A stretch of 64,000 nucleotides of DNA from a candidate division WOR-3 bacterium (GCA_039801505.1 JBDRUV010000001.1:275681-339680), one strand, 5' to 3'. Counted from the stretch's first letter, positions 37,680-47,635 are shown. Notes: generated by a model not told the origin, from the letters alone. Program-made: numbers and translations.

Positions 37680-38503
37680 CTGATTCGTGGTGTAGCTGGA
37701 ATTTCAATTTGGACTTCCTGAATTTTACTAGCTTTTGCGCGAGGGAGATTAATTTTCTCAGTAGGGAATTCTTCAAGCAGGACTAAGACATTATCTAGGG
37801 TGGTAAAATTATTTGTCGGTGTTACCTCTACGTATTGAAAAAATTTAGTGGGATCCGGTTTAATATTACGAACAACACCGATTTTTAATCCCCGAGGAAA
37901 AGTTCCTCCAAGTCCTGAGGTTACAATTGTATCGCCAACTACAATGTCGCTTTCGGCAAATGCGTATTTAAATCGCAACAAGTGACGATGGTCATATTCA
38001 ATAACTCCGACAACTTTACTTCTTAAGTTTATCGCACTAATTTTTAATTGTGGGCTAAGTGCAGTTTCAACTATTGCATTAAAGGGATTACAATCAAGCA
38101 CCTTGCCAACTATGCCGAGCGGTGTAATAACCGGTAAGTCTTTCTTTATTCGATGGGTACTGCCCTTGTTAATAACCAGATATCTTACCATGGTTTCTTG
38201 ATCACGACCGATTACTTGAGCCACAACTAAATTTTTTGATAAGTTAGTGATACTTTCTTGCTTTAGAGCCGATAATTCTTCTCGCAGTCGTGCATTTTCC
38301 AGCGTAAGTTCGCTAACCAGCAAGTTTAGTTTTTCTAACTCCTGGTTTTTCACTTTTATTTTGCCAATAATGTTATTAAGATAGTGAATCGGCCACATTA
38401 ATATGAACCCAGGGTAACGGCCAATTATTAATTTAATTCTTTGAGGCATGAAAAACATTATTAATCCAATGATTAAAAAAGCCACAAATAATTTTTTACC
38501 CAT
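37676..38503 (-). CDS. mreC: Rod shape-determining protein MreC
   Basis: N-terminal TM, coiled coil, then MreC beta-barrel domains. Confidence 0.8.
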   Translation of the reverse strand: MGKKLFVAFLIIGLIMFFMPQRIKLIIGRYPGFILMWPIHYLNNIIGKIKVKNQELEKLNLLVSELTLENARLREELSALKQESITNLSKNLVVAQVIGRDQETMVRYLVINKGSTHRIKKDLPVITPLGIVGKVLDCNPFNAIVETALSPQLKISAINLRSKVVGVIEYDHRHLLRFKYAFAESDIVVGDTIVTSGLGGTFPRGLKIGVVRNIKPDPTKFFQYVEVTPTNNFTTLDNVLVLLEEFPTEKINLPRAKASKIQEVQIEIPATPRIR

Positions 38504-38561
38504 TGTTATCTAGCGACTACCAACTAATTGGATATCTCAAGTTACAAGTAAATAGTTACTG

Positions 38562-39605
38562 TTATTGCGTTGGCAACAATAGCTTTTGATAGCGTGGGAT
38601 ATCTTCTAAAATTTTTCCGGCGCCCAGGACAACACAATCAATAGCGTTTTCAGCCACGTAAACTGGCAGATTAGTTTCTTCGTGGATAAGGATATCCAGT
38701 CCTTTGAGCAGGGAACCACCGCCGGCCATATAAATCCCCCGGTCAACGATATCCGAAGCGAGTTCCGGGGGGGTTTTCTCTAAAGCAGAATGAATTGCCG
38801 AAATAATTGCCGAAACTGGCTCTTCTAATGCTTCACGAATTTTAGAACTAGTCACTTTAATGGTTTTAGGAATACCGGTAATTACATCCCGGCCCTTTAC
38901 CTCCATGGTTTCTTCTTTACCGGTAGCATAAGCTGAACCAATAGTTATTTTAATGTTTTCGGCAGTCTGTTCCCCAATAATCAAATTATAATTCTTTTTA
39001 ACATAATTAATAATTGCCTCATCCATTTCATCACCAGCTACCCTTATTGAGCAGGAATTCACCACTCCAGATAAGGCAACAACAGCGATTTCAGTTGTGC
39101 CACCCCCGATGTCGATAATCATATTTCCGATCGGTGCTTCTACCGGCAAGCCAGCCCCCATAGCCGCCGCAATTGGTTCGGATACCAGATAAACTTCTCG
39201 AGCTCCAGTGGCCTCTACAGAATCGCGCACGGCTCTTTTTTCCACTTCAGTTGTGCCTGATGGTACACAGACAATAACTCTGGGACGTACAAATGGTTTC
39301 TTTTTCTGGACCATTTCGATGTAGTTTTTTAGCATGAGTTTAACAATACCGAAATCGGCAATTACGCCGTCTTTCATTGGCCGAACTGCTCGAATGCCTT
39401 CAGGGGTTCTGCCCAACATGCGTTTGGCTTCATTACCTACAGCAACTACTTTATGATTGACTTCATCGACAGCCACGATTGACGGCTCTCGTAACTGGAC
39501 TCCCTTGCCTTTTACATAAATTAATGTCGAATAAGTACCTAGGTCAATGGCAATATCGTTGCTGAAGCGTTCTTTTATTCCCCGGAAAAAACCATCGATA
39601 AACAT
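38562..39605 (-). CDS. mreB: Rod shape-determining actin-like protein MreB
   Basis: Actin-fold ATPase motifs (DLGT.ST, GGG.T..A). Confidence 0.9.
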   Translation of the reverse strand: MFIDGFFRGIKERFSNDIAIDLGTYSTLIYVKGKGVQLREPSIVAVDEVNHKVVAVGNEAKRMLGRTPEGIRAVRPMKDGVIADFGIVKLMLKNYIEMVQKKKPFVRPRVIVCVPSGTTEVEKRAVRDSVEATGAREVYLVSEPIAAAMGAGLPVEAPIGNMIIDIGGGTTEIAVVALSGVVNSCSIRVAGDEMDEAIINYVKKNYNLIIGEQTAENIKITIGSAYATGKEETMEVKGRDVITGIPKTIKVTSSKIREALEEPVSAIISAIHSALEKTPPELASDIVDRGIYMAGGGSLLKGLDILIHEETNLPVYVAENAIDCVVLGAGKILEDIPRYQKLLLPTQ

Positions 39606-39689
39606 TGAGATAGTGTACTTAAAAAATTGTAAAAGTCAATAGCACTTACTAAGTTGCACACTTTAGGATGTAAAAATTTTTAAGTTGTA

Positions 39690-40868
39690 GTGCTAAAACA
39701 ATTATTGACATTTGTTACATTTTCTTTTATGCTATTCCCTATGGCGCATGTTTATACACCGGGCTTGAAAGTTACTTCAAAAACTATTATAAGAAAAGAA
39801 CGGCGACTGCCGCTTAAAGGACAAGTTTTAGTTAATAAAGGGCAAAAGGTAAAGGGAGAGGATATTGTTGCCCGGACATCGTTACCGGGTAATGTGACCA
39901 CAGTAAATGTTGCTGGGCTATTGGGGGTTCCCCCGGAAGATATTAAGTTAATGATGGTAAAAAAAATTGGTGACCAAGTTGAAAAGAACGAGGTAATTGC
40001 TCAGTCTAAGGGATTTTTGGGGCTTTTTAAATCTACCGTAAAATCACCAATTGAAGGTATTATTGAAAGTATTTCAGAAATTACCGGCCAGGTTATTTTA
40101 CGGGAACCCCCAAAACCAGTTGAAATTAAGGCGTATATTGACGGCGTCGTTTCAGAAGTGCTTCCCGAAGAAGGGGTAATAATTGAAACCCAAGCAAGTT
40201 TGATTCAAGGTATTTTTGGGGTCGGAGGCGAAACCCGAGGAATTATAAAAGTTTTAGCTAATTCACCAGATGAACCATTAACCGCCGAGGCAATAACCGA
40301 AGAGTGTAAAAACAAAATAATTGTTGGGGGGTCAATTGTTGATTTTCCAGCTTTACAAAAAGCACGAGAAATTGGTGCCAAAGGGGTAGTGGTAGGCGGT
40401 ATAGAGGACGCTACCCTGAAGGCTTTTTTAGGATATGATATTGGTGTAGCAATCACCGGGCATGAGAATTGCGGCTTAACGATAATGGTTACCGAGGGAT
40501 TTGGACGAATGCGCATGGCAAATCATACGTTTAAATTGATCAAGGAATTGAACGGCAAAATGGCCTCAATGAATGGTGCTACTCAAATCCGGGCCGGCGT
40601 AATTCGACCGGAGTTGATCGTTCCTATAGAAGATGGAACCGGAGTGCTTGAAGATAGCACTCGGATACTAGAGCGAGGGCTCGAAATTGGATCTATTGTG
40701 AGAATCATTCGGGAACCATTATTCGGGAAAATCGGCAAGGTGGTTGCACTTCCAGTAGAACTTCAACAAATCGAAACTGAGTCAAAAGTAAGAATATTAG
40801 AAGTTGAACTTGAAGATGGCAAGCGTGTAGTACTCCCTCGAGCTAATGTAGAAATCATTGAAGAATAA
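39690..40868 (+). CDS. Hypothetical 392-aa protein: signal/TM N-terminus, several hybrid-barrel (biotinyl/lipoyl-like/KOW-like) segments, and a central Gly-rich region
   Basis: No confident family match from sequence alone. Transcribed divergently from mreB and followed by an outer-membrane barrel gene. Confidence 0.4.
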   Translation: MLKQLLTFVTFSFMLFPMAHVYTPGLKVTSKTIIRKERRLPLKGQVLVNKGQKVKGEDIVARTSLPGNVTTVNVAGLLGVPPEDIKLMMVKKIGDQVEKNEVIAQSKGFLGLFKSTVKSPIEGIIESISEITGQVILREPPKPVEIKAYIDGVVSEVLPEEGVIIETQASLIQGIFGVGGETRGIIKVLANSPDEPLTAEAITEECKNKIIVGGSIVDFPALQKAREIGAKGVVVGGIEDATLKAFLGYDIGVAITGHENCGLTIMVTEGFGRMRMANHTFKLIKELNGKMASMNGATQIRAGVIRPELIVPIEDGTGVLEDSTRILERGLEIGSIVRIIREPLFGKIGKVVALPVELQQIETESKVRILEVELEDGKRVVLPRANVEIIEE

Positions 40869-40876
40869 ATTTAATT

Positions 40877-41788
40877 ATGAGCGGGTATAAAAATTTTGGT
40901 TGGTTTATTATTATTTTATTAAGTGTAATATTACCACTTAATGGCTTTGTTTCTTTAAAAATTATTCCTTGCGCTCGGGAACAAAGTATGGGTGGGGTAG
41001 GTGCAAGCTCAGCAATTGGACCTCAAGGGATGTATTTTAATCCCAGTATTACGGCTGGTTTACAGACATTTGCGGTAGCCATGAATTATCAAAAGCGGTT
41101 TTTAGATACCTATGCTCAAAGCATATTTATTATAAGACCCCTGAAGAGTTTTAACGTAGGATTAGGGATCAGTATTTTTAATGCCGGAAAGGTTGAAGTA
41201 CGACCACCTTATCCTACCACAGAGGCACTCGGTGAAATTAATCCAATAGATTTTACGGCATATCTTAATATAAGCCGAGAGATTAAAGCTGATAATAAAT
41301 CCTTCAGATTTGGGATTTCACCTCGGATTTATTATTCTAAAATTGCTGAATATGACGCGTCTGGTTATGGGCTAGATTTAGGTATATTTTTCGCGCCGAC
41401 GCCTAATTTTAGCTGGGGGGTATCTATACTAGATTTCGGCAGCGAAATTAAATATTATCGAACAAGTGATAATTTACCAACGCGTCTGGTTGGCGGTTTT
41501 GAATATTTTCTTGGTTGGCTGAGTGTTAAATCCTTTCCAAACGTAAAAATTAGTACCGATCTTAATTATTTCATATACGAACGTCAGGCTAATTTAAACA
41601 TTGGTAGCGAATTTGACATTAATCGGAAATTTTTTATGCGTGCTGGTTATCGGTTAGGAAGTGGCAGTGAAACCTACACTTTAGGTCTAGGAGTTATAGC
41701 TGGTAAATTCCGGATCGATTATGCATTTATACCCTACTCGTTAAATTTAGGCGTTGGACACCATTTAAGTTTAGGAATGGGATACTAG
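40877..41788 (+). CDS. Outer-membrane beta-barrel protein (PorP/PorQ/UPF0164-like; possibly T9SS-associated)
   Basis: Signal peptide, alternating amphipathic beta-strands, C-terminal aromatic residue. Family assignment is tentative. Confidence 0.4.
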   Translation: MSGYKNFGWFIIILLSVILPLNGFVSLKIIPCAREQSMGGVGASSAIGPQGMYFNPSITAGLQTFAVAMNYQKRFLDTYAQSIFIIRPLKSFNVGLGISIFNAGKVEVRPPYPTTEALGEINPIDFTAYLNISREIKADNKSFRFGISPRIYYSKIAEYDASGYGLDLGIFFAPTPNFSWGVSILDFGSEIKYYRTSDNLPTRLVGGFEYFLGWLSVKSFPNVKISTDLNYFIYERQANLNIGSEFDINRKFFMRAGYRLGSGSETYTLGLGVIAGKFRIDYAFIPYSLNLGVGHHLSLGMGY

Positions 41789-41792
41789 TTAC

Positions 41793-42749
41793 ATGAAACA
41801 ATATCTAGACTTTGAACATCCGATTGCAGAGCTAGAAAAACGAATTGAAGAGTTATCTGTTATTTCTGGATATGAAGATGAAGTTAGTAAACTTAAGAGT
41901 CAGGTTGAGAAACTTAAAACCCGAATTTATTCGAATCTATCACCATGGCAAAAGGTCCTTTTAGCCCGCCATCCAGCTCGGCCTTATACTTTAGATTATA
42001 TTAATTTAATTACTAGTGAGTTTATCGAACTTTCCGGAGATCGTTATTTTGCTGATGATAAAGCAATTGTTGGGGGGCTAGCCAAAATTAGCGTTTCAGA
42101 TTCTAAATTTATCTCACTAGTAATAATTGGTACCCAAAAAGGCCGTGAGACAAAAGAAAAGATCTACCGAAATTTCGGTATGCCCCACCCGGAAGGTTAT
42201 CGCAAAGCTCTTCGATTAATGAAATTGGCTGAGAAATTCAATTTACCGGTGGTGACATTGGTTGATACACCTGGAGCTTATCCGGGTGTTGGGGCTGAAG
42301 AGCGAGGTCAAGCCGAAGCCATCGCTCGAAATTTACGAGAGATGGCTAGATTAGAGGTACCGATCATTGCCGTGATTACCGGTGAAGGCGGGTCTGGTGG
42401 TGCCTTGGCGCTTGCTGTTGGAAATCGGGTATTGATGATGGAGTATGCAATATATTCGGTAATCTCACCCGAGGGCTGTGCTTCGATTTTGTGGCGCGAT
42501 CCGGAAAAAGCTCCTGAAGCCGCTGAGGCTTTGAAGCTCACTGCACAGGATCTTTATCAGTTTGGAATTATTGACGAAATTATTCCTGAACCCCTAGGTG
42601 GTGCGCATCATGATTACACTTTAGCTGCTCAATACATAAAAACAAGTATCATAAAAAATATTTCAGAATTACAAGGTCTGTCTTCCCAAGAATTAGTATC
42701 ACAGCGAATTGAAAAATTTCGTTCATTTGGAATATATTTTGAGGAATGA
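41793..42749 (+). CDS. accA: Acetyl-CoA carboxylase carboxyltransferase alpha subunit
   Basis: LDFE.PI.ELE..I..L N-terminus; crotonase-fold carboxyltransferase motifs. Confidence 0.9.
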   Translation: MKQYLDFEHPIAELEKRIEELSVISGYEDEVSKLKSQVEKLKTRIYSNLSPWQKVLLARHPARPYTLDYINLITSEFIELSGDRYFADDKAIVGGLAKISVSDSKFISLVIIGTQKGRETKEKIYRNFGMPHPEGYRKALRLMKLAEKFNLPVVTLVDTPGAYPGVGAEERGQAEAIARNLREMARLEVPIIAVITGEGGSGGALALAVGNRVLMMEYAIYSVISPEGCASILWRDPEKAPEAAEALKLTAQDLYQFGIIDEIIPEPLGGAHHDYTLAAQYIKTSIIKNISELQGLSSQELVSQRIEKFRSFGIYFEE

Positions 42750-42755
42750 AAAGTT

Positions 42756-43646
42756 ATGGCATCGGAATTTCGTGCTGGATATGTAGCAATTGTTGGCAAG
42801 CCCAATGTTGGAAAGTCAACCCTGTTGAATGTTTTAATCAATTATCGCCTCTCGGCGATATCGCCTAAACCCCAGACAACCCGCCATAAAATTTTAGGCA
42901 TTCTAAATGGCGATAATTACCAGGCAGTTTTTATTGATACTCCCGGGGTTCTTAAACCACGTTACGAATTACATCGATTTATGCAGAAAGAGATCGAAGA
43001 GGCAGTTGATACTGCCGATTTATCAGTTGTGGTTGTGGAACCATTTCACGAACCACAAGCCGAGGAAGTTTCCATAATCGAGCAGGTAAAGGCCCTTCCT
43101 AAAATCTTAGCAATTAATAAAATCGATCTTATTGAAAAACCTCTTTTGTTGCCGCTAATTGATAAATACCGGGCGTACAACTTTCTTGAGATTCATCCAA
43201 TTTCCGCATTAAAAGGTTCAGGGATTGATGAACTAAAATCAAGTATTGTCAAAAATTTACCGACCGGAGAACCATTTTATCCTCAAAACCAAATTACTGA
43301 AAAACCGGAACGATTTTTTGTGGAAGAACTTATCCGCGAAGGAATTTTTCATCGCTACGGTGAAGAAATTCCTTACTCCTGCGCTGTGGAAGTGGAAGAA
43401 TTTCAAGAGCGGCCGGAAGGACAAAAGGATTATATTCGTGCTGTAATCTATGTGGAAAAACCATCCCAGCGTGCGATTCTTCTGGGCAAAAATGGTGAAG
43501 CTATAAAGCGGCTTGGCAAATTGGCTCGTGAAAATATCGAAAAGCTGCTTGGCCGACCGGTATACTTAGAATTATTTGTTAAAGTAAAACCTGACTGGCG
43601 GGACGATAAACGCTTTATAAAAGATACGGTTTATCGATACGATTAG
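42756..43646 (+). CDS. era: GTPase Era
   Basis: G1 GKPNVGKST, G3 DTPG, NKID G4, C-terminal KH domain. Confidence 0.9.
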   Translation: MASEFRAGYVAIVGKPNVGKSTLLNVLINYRLSAISPKPQTTRHKILGILNGDNYQAVFIDTPGVLKPRYELHRFMQKEIEEAVDTADLSVVVVEPFHEPQAEEVSIIEQVKALPKILAINKIDLIEKPLLLPLIDKYRAYNFLEIHPISALKGSGIDELKSSIVKNLPTGEPFYPQNQITEKPERFFVEELIREGIFHRYGEEIPYSCAVEVEEFQERPEGQKDYIRAVIYVEKPSQRAILLGKNGEAIKRLGKLARENIEKLLGRPVYLELFVKVKPDWRDDKRFIKDTVYRYD

Positions 43647-44454
43647 TTGGGGGTTCAAGTTTCAACCGATTATAAAAAAATTGTGCTTCTTTTTCATTAT
43701 CAGCAATGCGGCTTAAAAAGTCATTGATGCCCGCGGCTTGTAATATATAATCAGCATTACCCAAAATTAAGGCCCGATGTTTTGCCATCTCTAAGAGAAA
43801 CTCGTCAGCGGATTTTAATCGTAAATAGGTATCATAATCAGTCAGGGGTTTTTCTTTATCGATATCAATCATAAACGCTACCAAAAGATAGGGAAGAGAC
43901 TTAAGACGAATCAGATAAGCTGGCGGATTATTATAGGTTGGCGGTATGACATCTATTTGGGTAATTTTGTTATTTCTTACGAACTCGGCAAAATCATACT
44001 CACAGGAGAGCCCCAGCTTATAAGCGATGACCCCAATACCAATATTTTTAAGCTTTACCTCGTTTTTTTTATCCGGTTCAAATAACCTGAGCATCCGAAT
44101 ACGGAATTCATTGGTTTTTTGACGCATTAAAAGCTCGCGGACCTGATATTTAATTAAAAGTTCAGCTAGTCCATAGTTACGAAACTTTTGGTGGACTACT
44201 ACATCCCAAATCGTAATGCTAGTGTCTTTTTGATATTCACAAAAGACATGGGCAAGTTCCTGGACATGGGTAGTGGGGAGTGGGCTGTACAGATAGGAGT
44301 CGAAAAGGCCAGGTTTTTCTTGGTTTTGTAAAATAAATTCTTGCTCACATAATGGACCGCTGGTAATCTTAATAAGATTTTTTCCGGTCCACTCAAAAGT
44401 TGGTCCAAAAGGTCGAGCATAGAATCTAAATTGCGGATAGCTTGTAAGTTCCAT
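43615..44454 (-). CDS. Hypothetical protein with an N-terminal GNAT-like acetyltransferase fold
   Basis: VVHQKFRNYGLAELLI resembles GNAT motif A; the C-terminal ~150 aa are unassigned. Convergent 32-bp overlap with era. Confidence 0.4.
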   Translation of the reverse strand: MELTSYPQFRFYARPFGPTFEWTGKNLIKITSGPLCEQEFILQNQEKPGLFDSYLYSPLPTTHVQELAHVFCEYQKDTSITIWDVVVHQKFRNYGLAELLIKYQVRELLMRQKTNEFRIRMLRLFEPDKKNEVKLKNIGIGVIAYKLGLSCEYDFAEFVRNNKITQIDVIPPTYNNPPAYLIRLKSLPYLLVAFMIDIDKEKPLTDYDTYLRLKSADEFLLEMAKHRALILGNADYILQAAGINDFLSRIADNEKEAQFFYNRLKLEPPTNRIDKPYLL

Positions 44455-44459
44455 AATTT

Positions 44460-44861
44460 TTATTGGGATAAGAGTAAAATTCCTATTAAAGCCAAAATGA
44501 TGCCGAAAAGATGGGTTGCGCTTATTGGCTCTTTAAGAAAAATAATTCCTAAAATGATTGGGATGATAATATAAAGATTCGATACCGTGATTACTACGGT
44601 TAACGGTCCTTTTACCATTGCCGCATAGAACGCAAAGGTTCCAACCATGGCTAAAGCCCCAACGGCGATTGCCCAAATCGCATATTGGTTAAATACCACC
44701 TTGGTTCGAAAGCCCATATACAAAATAATCGCAACAAAGGACCCCAAGGTTGTATAAAATGCCAGATGTTCGGTTTTCATATGATAGGCCAGGATTTTAC
44801 TGAAATAGGCCCACAGCCCCCAACAGATTAAGGCGATTCCTGAATAGATGCGGTAGTCCAT
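44460..44861 (-). CDS. Small 4-TM EamA/DMT-like membrane protein
   Basis: 133 aa, four hydrophobic helices, EamA-like half-domain. Confidence 0.5.
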   Translation of the reverse strand: MDYRIYSGIALICWGLWAYFSKILAYHMKTEHLAFYTTLGSFVAIILYMGFRTKVVFNQYAIWAIAVGALAMVGTFAFYAAMVKGPLTVVITVSNLYIIIPIILGIIFLKEPISATHLFGIILALIGILLLSQ

Positions 44862-44874
44862 AAATTTACCTAAA

Positions 44875-44945
44875 CTGGGGGACAGGGATTCGAACCCCGA
44901 TAGACAGATCCAGAGTCTGCCGTCCTGCCGTTAGACGATCCCCCA
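44875..44945 (-). tRNA. tRNA-Gln (anticodon CTG)
   Basis: Reverse complement TGGGGGA...TCCCCCA-G has U1-A72, typical of tRNA-Gln. Anticodon loop CTCTGGA. T-arm CGGGG-TTCGAAT-CCCTG. Confidence 0.85.
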
Positions 44946-45103
44946 ATTATTATTTTAGTTTACCCTGAAAATTCTTAATTGTCAATTAGTTTGATTAACT
45001 ACCATTCTATTCCTTATCCTGGGTGTCCTAATTCAGCATTTTTTGTTATATTGTTGGGGGCTCGTGATAAATTTTTTAGAAATCAAGCGCTTAAAACGAT
45101 TTA

Positions 45104-45175
45104 GGTAGGGGGTACGGTCCCCCTACGGTCCGGGAGATATCCCGGGCAGCTTCAGACTGCTGCTTTTCGCAAGAA
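45104..45175 (+). repeat. GC-rich hairpin element, copy E, the longest: three consecutive hairpins (GTAGGGGG/CCCCCTAC, CCGGGA/TCCCGG, GCAGC/GCTGC) ending in TTTTCG. This is sRNA-like or terminator-like. It lies 159 bp from the 5' end of tRNA-Gln
   Basis: GGTAGGGGGTACGGTCCCCCTACGGTCCGGGAGATATCCCGGGCAGCTTCAGACTGCTGCTTTTCG. Confidence 0.45.
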
Positions 45176-45308
45176 TACGGTAAGCTTGCCAGCTGGATAT
45201 GTTGGGTGAATGTAGGTGGCATATAATAACGGTAATCATCCGGCTCAATCTATGATGTTTTTTGTATATTCATAGGCTTATGGTTACCGGTAGCGTATTA
45301 AATATTCA

Positions 45309-45337
45309 TTGACATTACGAGTTAGTTTGGGTAATGT
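45309..45337 (+). promoter_or_regulatory. sigma70 promoter TTGACA-17-TAATGT for the amidohydrolase gene
   Basis: Located inside the ORF-track version of the gene (TTG start), which argues for the downstream ATG at 45345. Confidence 0.35.
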
Positions 45338-45344
45338 ATTGAAA

Positions 45345-46610
45345 ATGAAAGTTTATCGGGCGCGGGTGCTTAATATCTTATTCCCCAACAAAGTTGAAGA
45401 TTTTCCGAATGGTTTTGTGGCAGTCAGCGACGACGGCCGATTTCTTGATTATGGGGAGTTTAATAATCTTAAGCTTAGAAAATTACAAAAAATTGATTCA
45501 AAACTTGAGATTATTGATTATACGAATTACATTATTCTACCCGCCTTTATTGATATGCATCTTCATTTGCCGCAGTTTCATTTGCGTGGTCGATATGGGG
45601 TAAACCTGCTGGACTGGCTTAAAAACCATATAATCCCGGCTGAACGTCGTCTGACATATGCCGAACAGGCCTATTCCTATATCAAGGCATTTTATGAGGA
45701 GCTATACCGCAATGGCACAACAACTGCAGTGATTTTTTCTTCTTCTTCGACTTCGTTTACCAACAAGGCCTTTGAGGTTGCTTCCGAGCTCGGTTTTCGG
45801 GTAATTTTAGGTAAAGCGATGATGGACCGACAGTATCTTCCCTTTGGAACAAAAATGGAAAGCACCGAAAAGGCGATGCGAGATAGTATTAAACTTTATG
45901 AGAAATGGCACCAGAGCAAGGATTATTTATTTTATGCCTTTTCCCCGCGGTTTGCACCGGCAACTTCAGAGCGGCTTTTACGACTAGTTGGTGAATTTGC
46001 CCAGCGCCATCAGGTTTACATTCATACCCATTTGGCTGAAACTGAAGAAGAGGTAAAATTAGTTAAAAGGCTATTTCCCAAATATAAGACTTATACTGAA
46101 GTATATTATAAAACGGGCATTTTAGGGACACGAACCATTGTAGCCCATGCCGTACATCTCCAAGAGTCAGAGTACAAATTATTGGCAATAACTAAGACTA
46201 AAGTAGCTCACTGTCCATCATCTAATTTCTTTTTACATTCAGGACGGGCGAATACGGATAAGATGCTTAAGTACGGGATTGAAATTGGATTAGGCAGCGA
46301 TGTTGGTGCTGGTCCATCGTTTTCGTTATTTACGATTATGCGCGATGCCTATTACGTCCGCAAAATGCCTCCAGCTGAAGCTTTTTATTATGCAACCTTA
46401 GGTGCAGCTCGGGCCTTAGGACTTGATGATCGGATTGGTAATATTGGCGTCGATAAGGATGCGGACTTTATTGTGATTAAATATCCGTACTGGTGTCGAA
46501 AAGACAGTTCTACCGACATTTTGATGTCGCAATTAATGTTTTTAGGTAATGATCACTTAACCCTCGAGACTTATTCCCGCGGTCACTTAAAATACCAGAA
46601 GGCTAATTAA
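45345..46610 (+). CDS. Metal-dependent amidohydrolase (guanine deaminase / MTA-SAH deaminase-like chlorohydrolase family)
   Basis: PAFIDMHLHLPQ HxH metal motif plus downstream H, H and D ligands of the amidohydrolase fold. Confidence 0.7.
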   Translation: MKVYRARVLNILFPNKVEDFPNGFVAVSDDGRFLDYGEFNNLKLRKLQKIDSKLEIIDYTNYIILPAFIDMHLHLPQFHLRGRYGVNLLDWLKNHIIPAERRLTYAEQAYSYIKAFYEELYRNGTTTAVIFSSSSTSFTNKAFEVASELGFRVILGKAMMDRQYLPFGTKMESTEKAMRDSIKLYEKWHQSKDYLFYAFSPRFAPATSERLLRLVGEFAQRHQVYIHTHLAETEEEVKLVKRLFPKYKTYTEVYYKTGILGTRTIVAHAVHLQESEYKLLAITKTKVAHCPSSNFFLHSGRANTDKMLKYGIEIGLGSDVGAGPSFSLFTIMRDAYYVRKMPPAEAFYYATLGAARALGLDDRIGNIGVDKDADFIVIKYPYWCRKDSSTDILMSQLMFLGNDHLTLETYSRGHLKYQKAN

Positions 46611-46615
46611 AAAGT

Positions 46616-46694
46616 AACGGAAGGAACAGTGCGAAGGCACCATCTTTATTCTTTCCAATTTAAGGTGCCTTTTTACTCGCCCGTAACCTTCCGT
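46616..46694 (+). terminator. Nested-hairpin rho-independent terminator for the amidohydrolase gene
   Basis: Outer stem ACGGAAGG/CCTTCCGT; inner stem GAAGGCACC/GGTGCCTT followed by TTTTT. Confidence 0.5.
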
Positions 46695-46728
46695 CCATTT
46701 TATTAGACTCAAAAATTTATAAAAGGTT

Positions 46729-46766
46729 GCATAAAAAAATAAGTGGGGAATAAAGCTATTCCCCAC
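46729..46766 (-). terminator. Rho-independent terminator for the minus-strand lipoprotein gene
   Basis: GTGGGGAAT-aaagct-ATTCCCCAC perfect 9-bp stem, followed on the minus strand by TTATTTTTTTAT. Confidence 0.5.
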
Positions 46767-46795
46767 CTTGAAGGATTAAGATTAAGCTTCGCTAA

Positions 46796-47617
46796 TTAAT
46801 GCTGAATTAAACGAAGCCCCTTGACTTTCTGGAACCAGGATTCGACATTCACTGTGCCGTTAGTAGTATTAAGCCCGTCAATTTTGACTAATGCATAATA
46901 GACATCAGACCCGGAGTTCATTCTAATTGCGACATAGGCTGGATAGCTGGTAAGTTCTGTATAGTTAAAATAGGTTGTACCCTGGATATAACGAGGTAGC
47001 GGAGCTTGGGGGTCGGTGATCGGGTTAGAAATCCCGTTTACTTTCCATTGACCATTGGGCACAACACCGCCTGGATCATTAGGACCTTGATCTGGACTAG
47101 CGATGCAGTACGGTGTTGTAGTCCAGCCGGTTGCAAAATTGGTGATATAAAAATCGACATTAGGAGCATTGGCCGCATTAGTCATAGAGTAAGTAGAGCC
47201 GGCTCCGGTGGTTCGATCCCAACCATAACCACTATTTCCGGCGGCATTTAATTCCCAAACCGTATAAATTGAACTTGCGACCGGTTCCGTACTCACTACT
47301 GACGAGTTATATTCATTAGAACCATAAACAGCTGCAACATAATACTTACCAGTTTTCCCTTGCGGATCATGAATGTAAGATGTGGCGGTGGTTTCACCAA
47401 TCTTAGTATAATTAGCAGCATCGATTGCCTTGAAATAAATGTAATATTTGTCCGGAGCGGTTTGTGGTGCTGTCCAGGTAATTTTTACTGTGGTATCTGT
47501 CGCCGCTTCCAAAGCAACGTTGGTCGGCTCTTCACCAGTAACCTCTTCACAGCCAGTAAACAATGCTAGGACCACGAAAATTACCAGAACGCCCAAAATT
47601 AATGAGAAATATTTCAT
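46796..47617 (-). CDS. Secreted lipoprotein (hypothetical)
   Basis: Signal peptide with an LFTGC lipobox; Thr/Gly/Tyr-rich beta-rich sequence. Confidence 0.5.
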   Translation of the reverse strand: MKYFSLILGVLVIFVVLALFTGCEEVTGEEPTNVALEAATDTTVKITWTAPQTAPDKYYIYFKAIDAANYTKIGETTATSYIHDPQGKTGKYYVAAVYGSNEYNSSVVSTEPVASSIYTVWELNAAGNSGYGWDRTTGAGSTYSMTNAANAPNVDFYITNFATGWTTTPYCIASPDQGPNDPGGVVPNGQWKVNGISNPITDPQAPLPRYIQGTTYFNYTELTSYPAYVAIRMNSGSDVYYALVKIDGLNTTNGTVNVESWFQKVKGLRLIQH

Positions 47618-47635
47618 ATTTTACCTCCTTATCAG

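Noticed and set aside
45309-45344. TTG start for the amidohydrolase
   Set aside because: The first 12 codons overlap a near-consensus promoter (TTGACA-17-TAATGT). The ATG at 45345 follows it.
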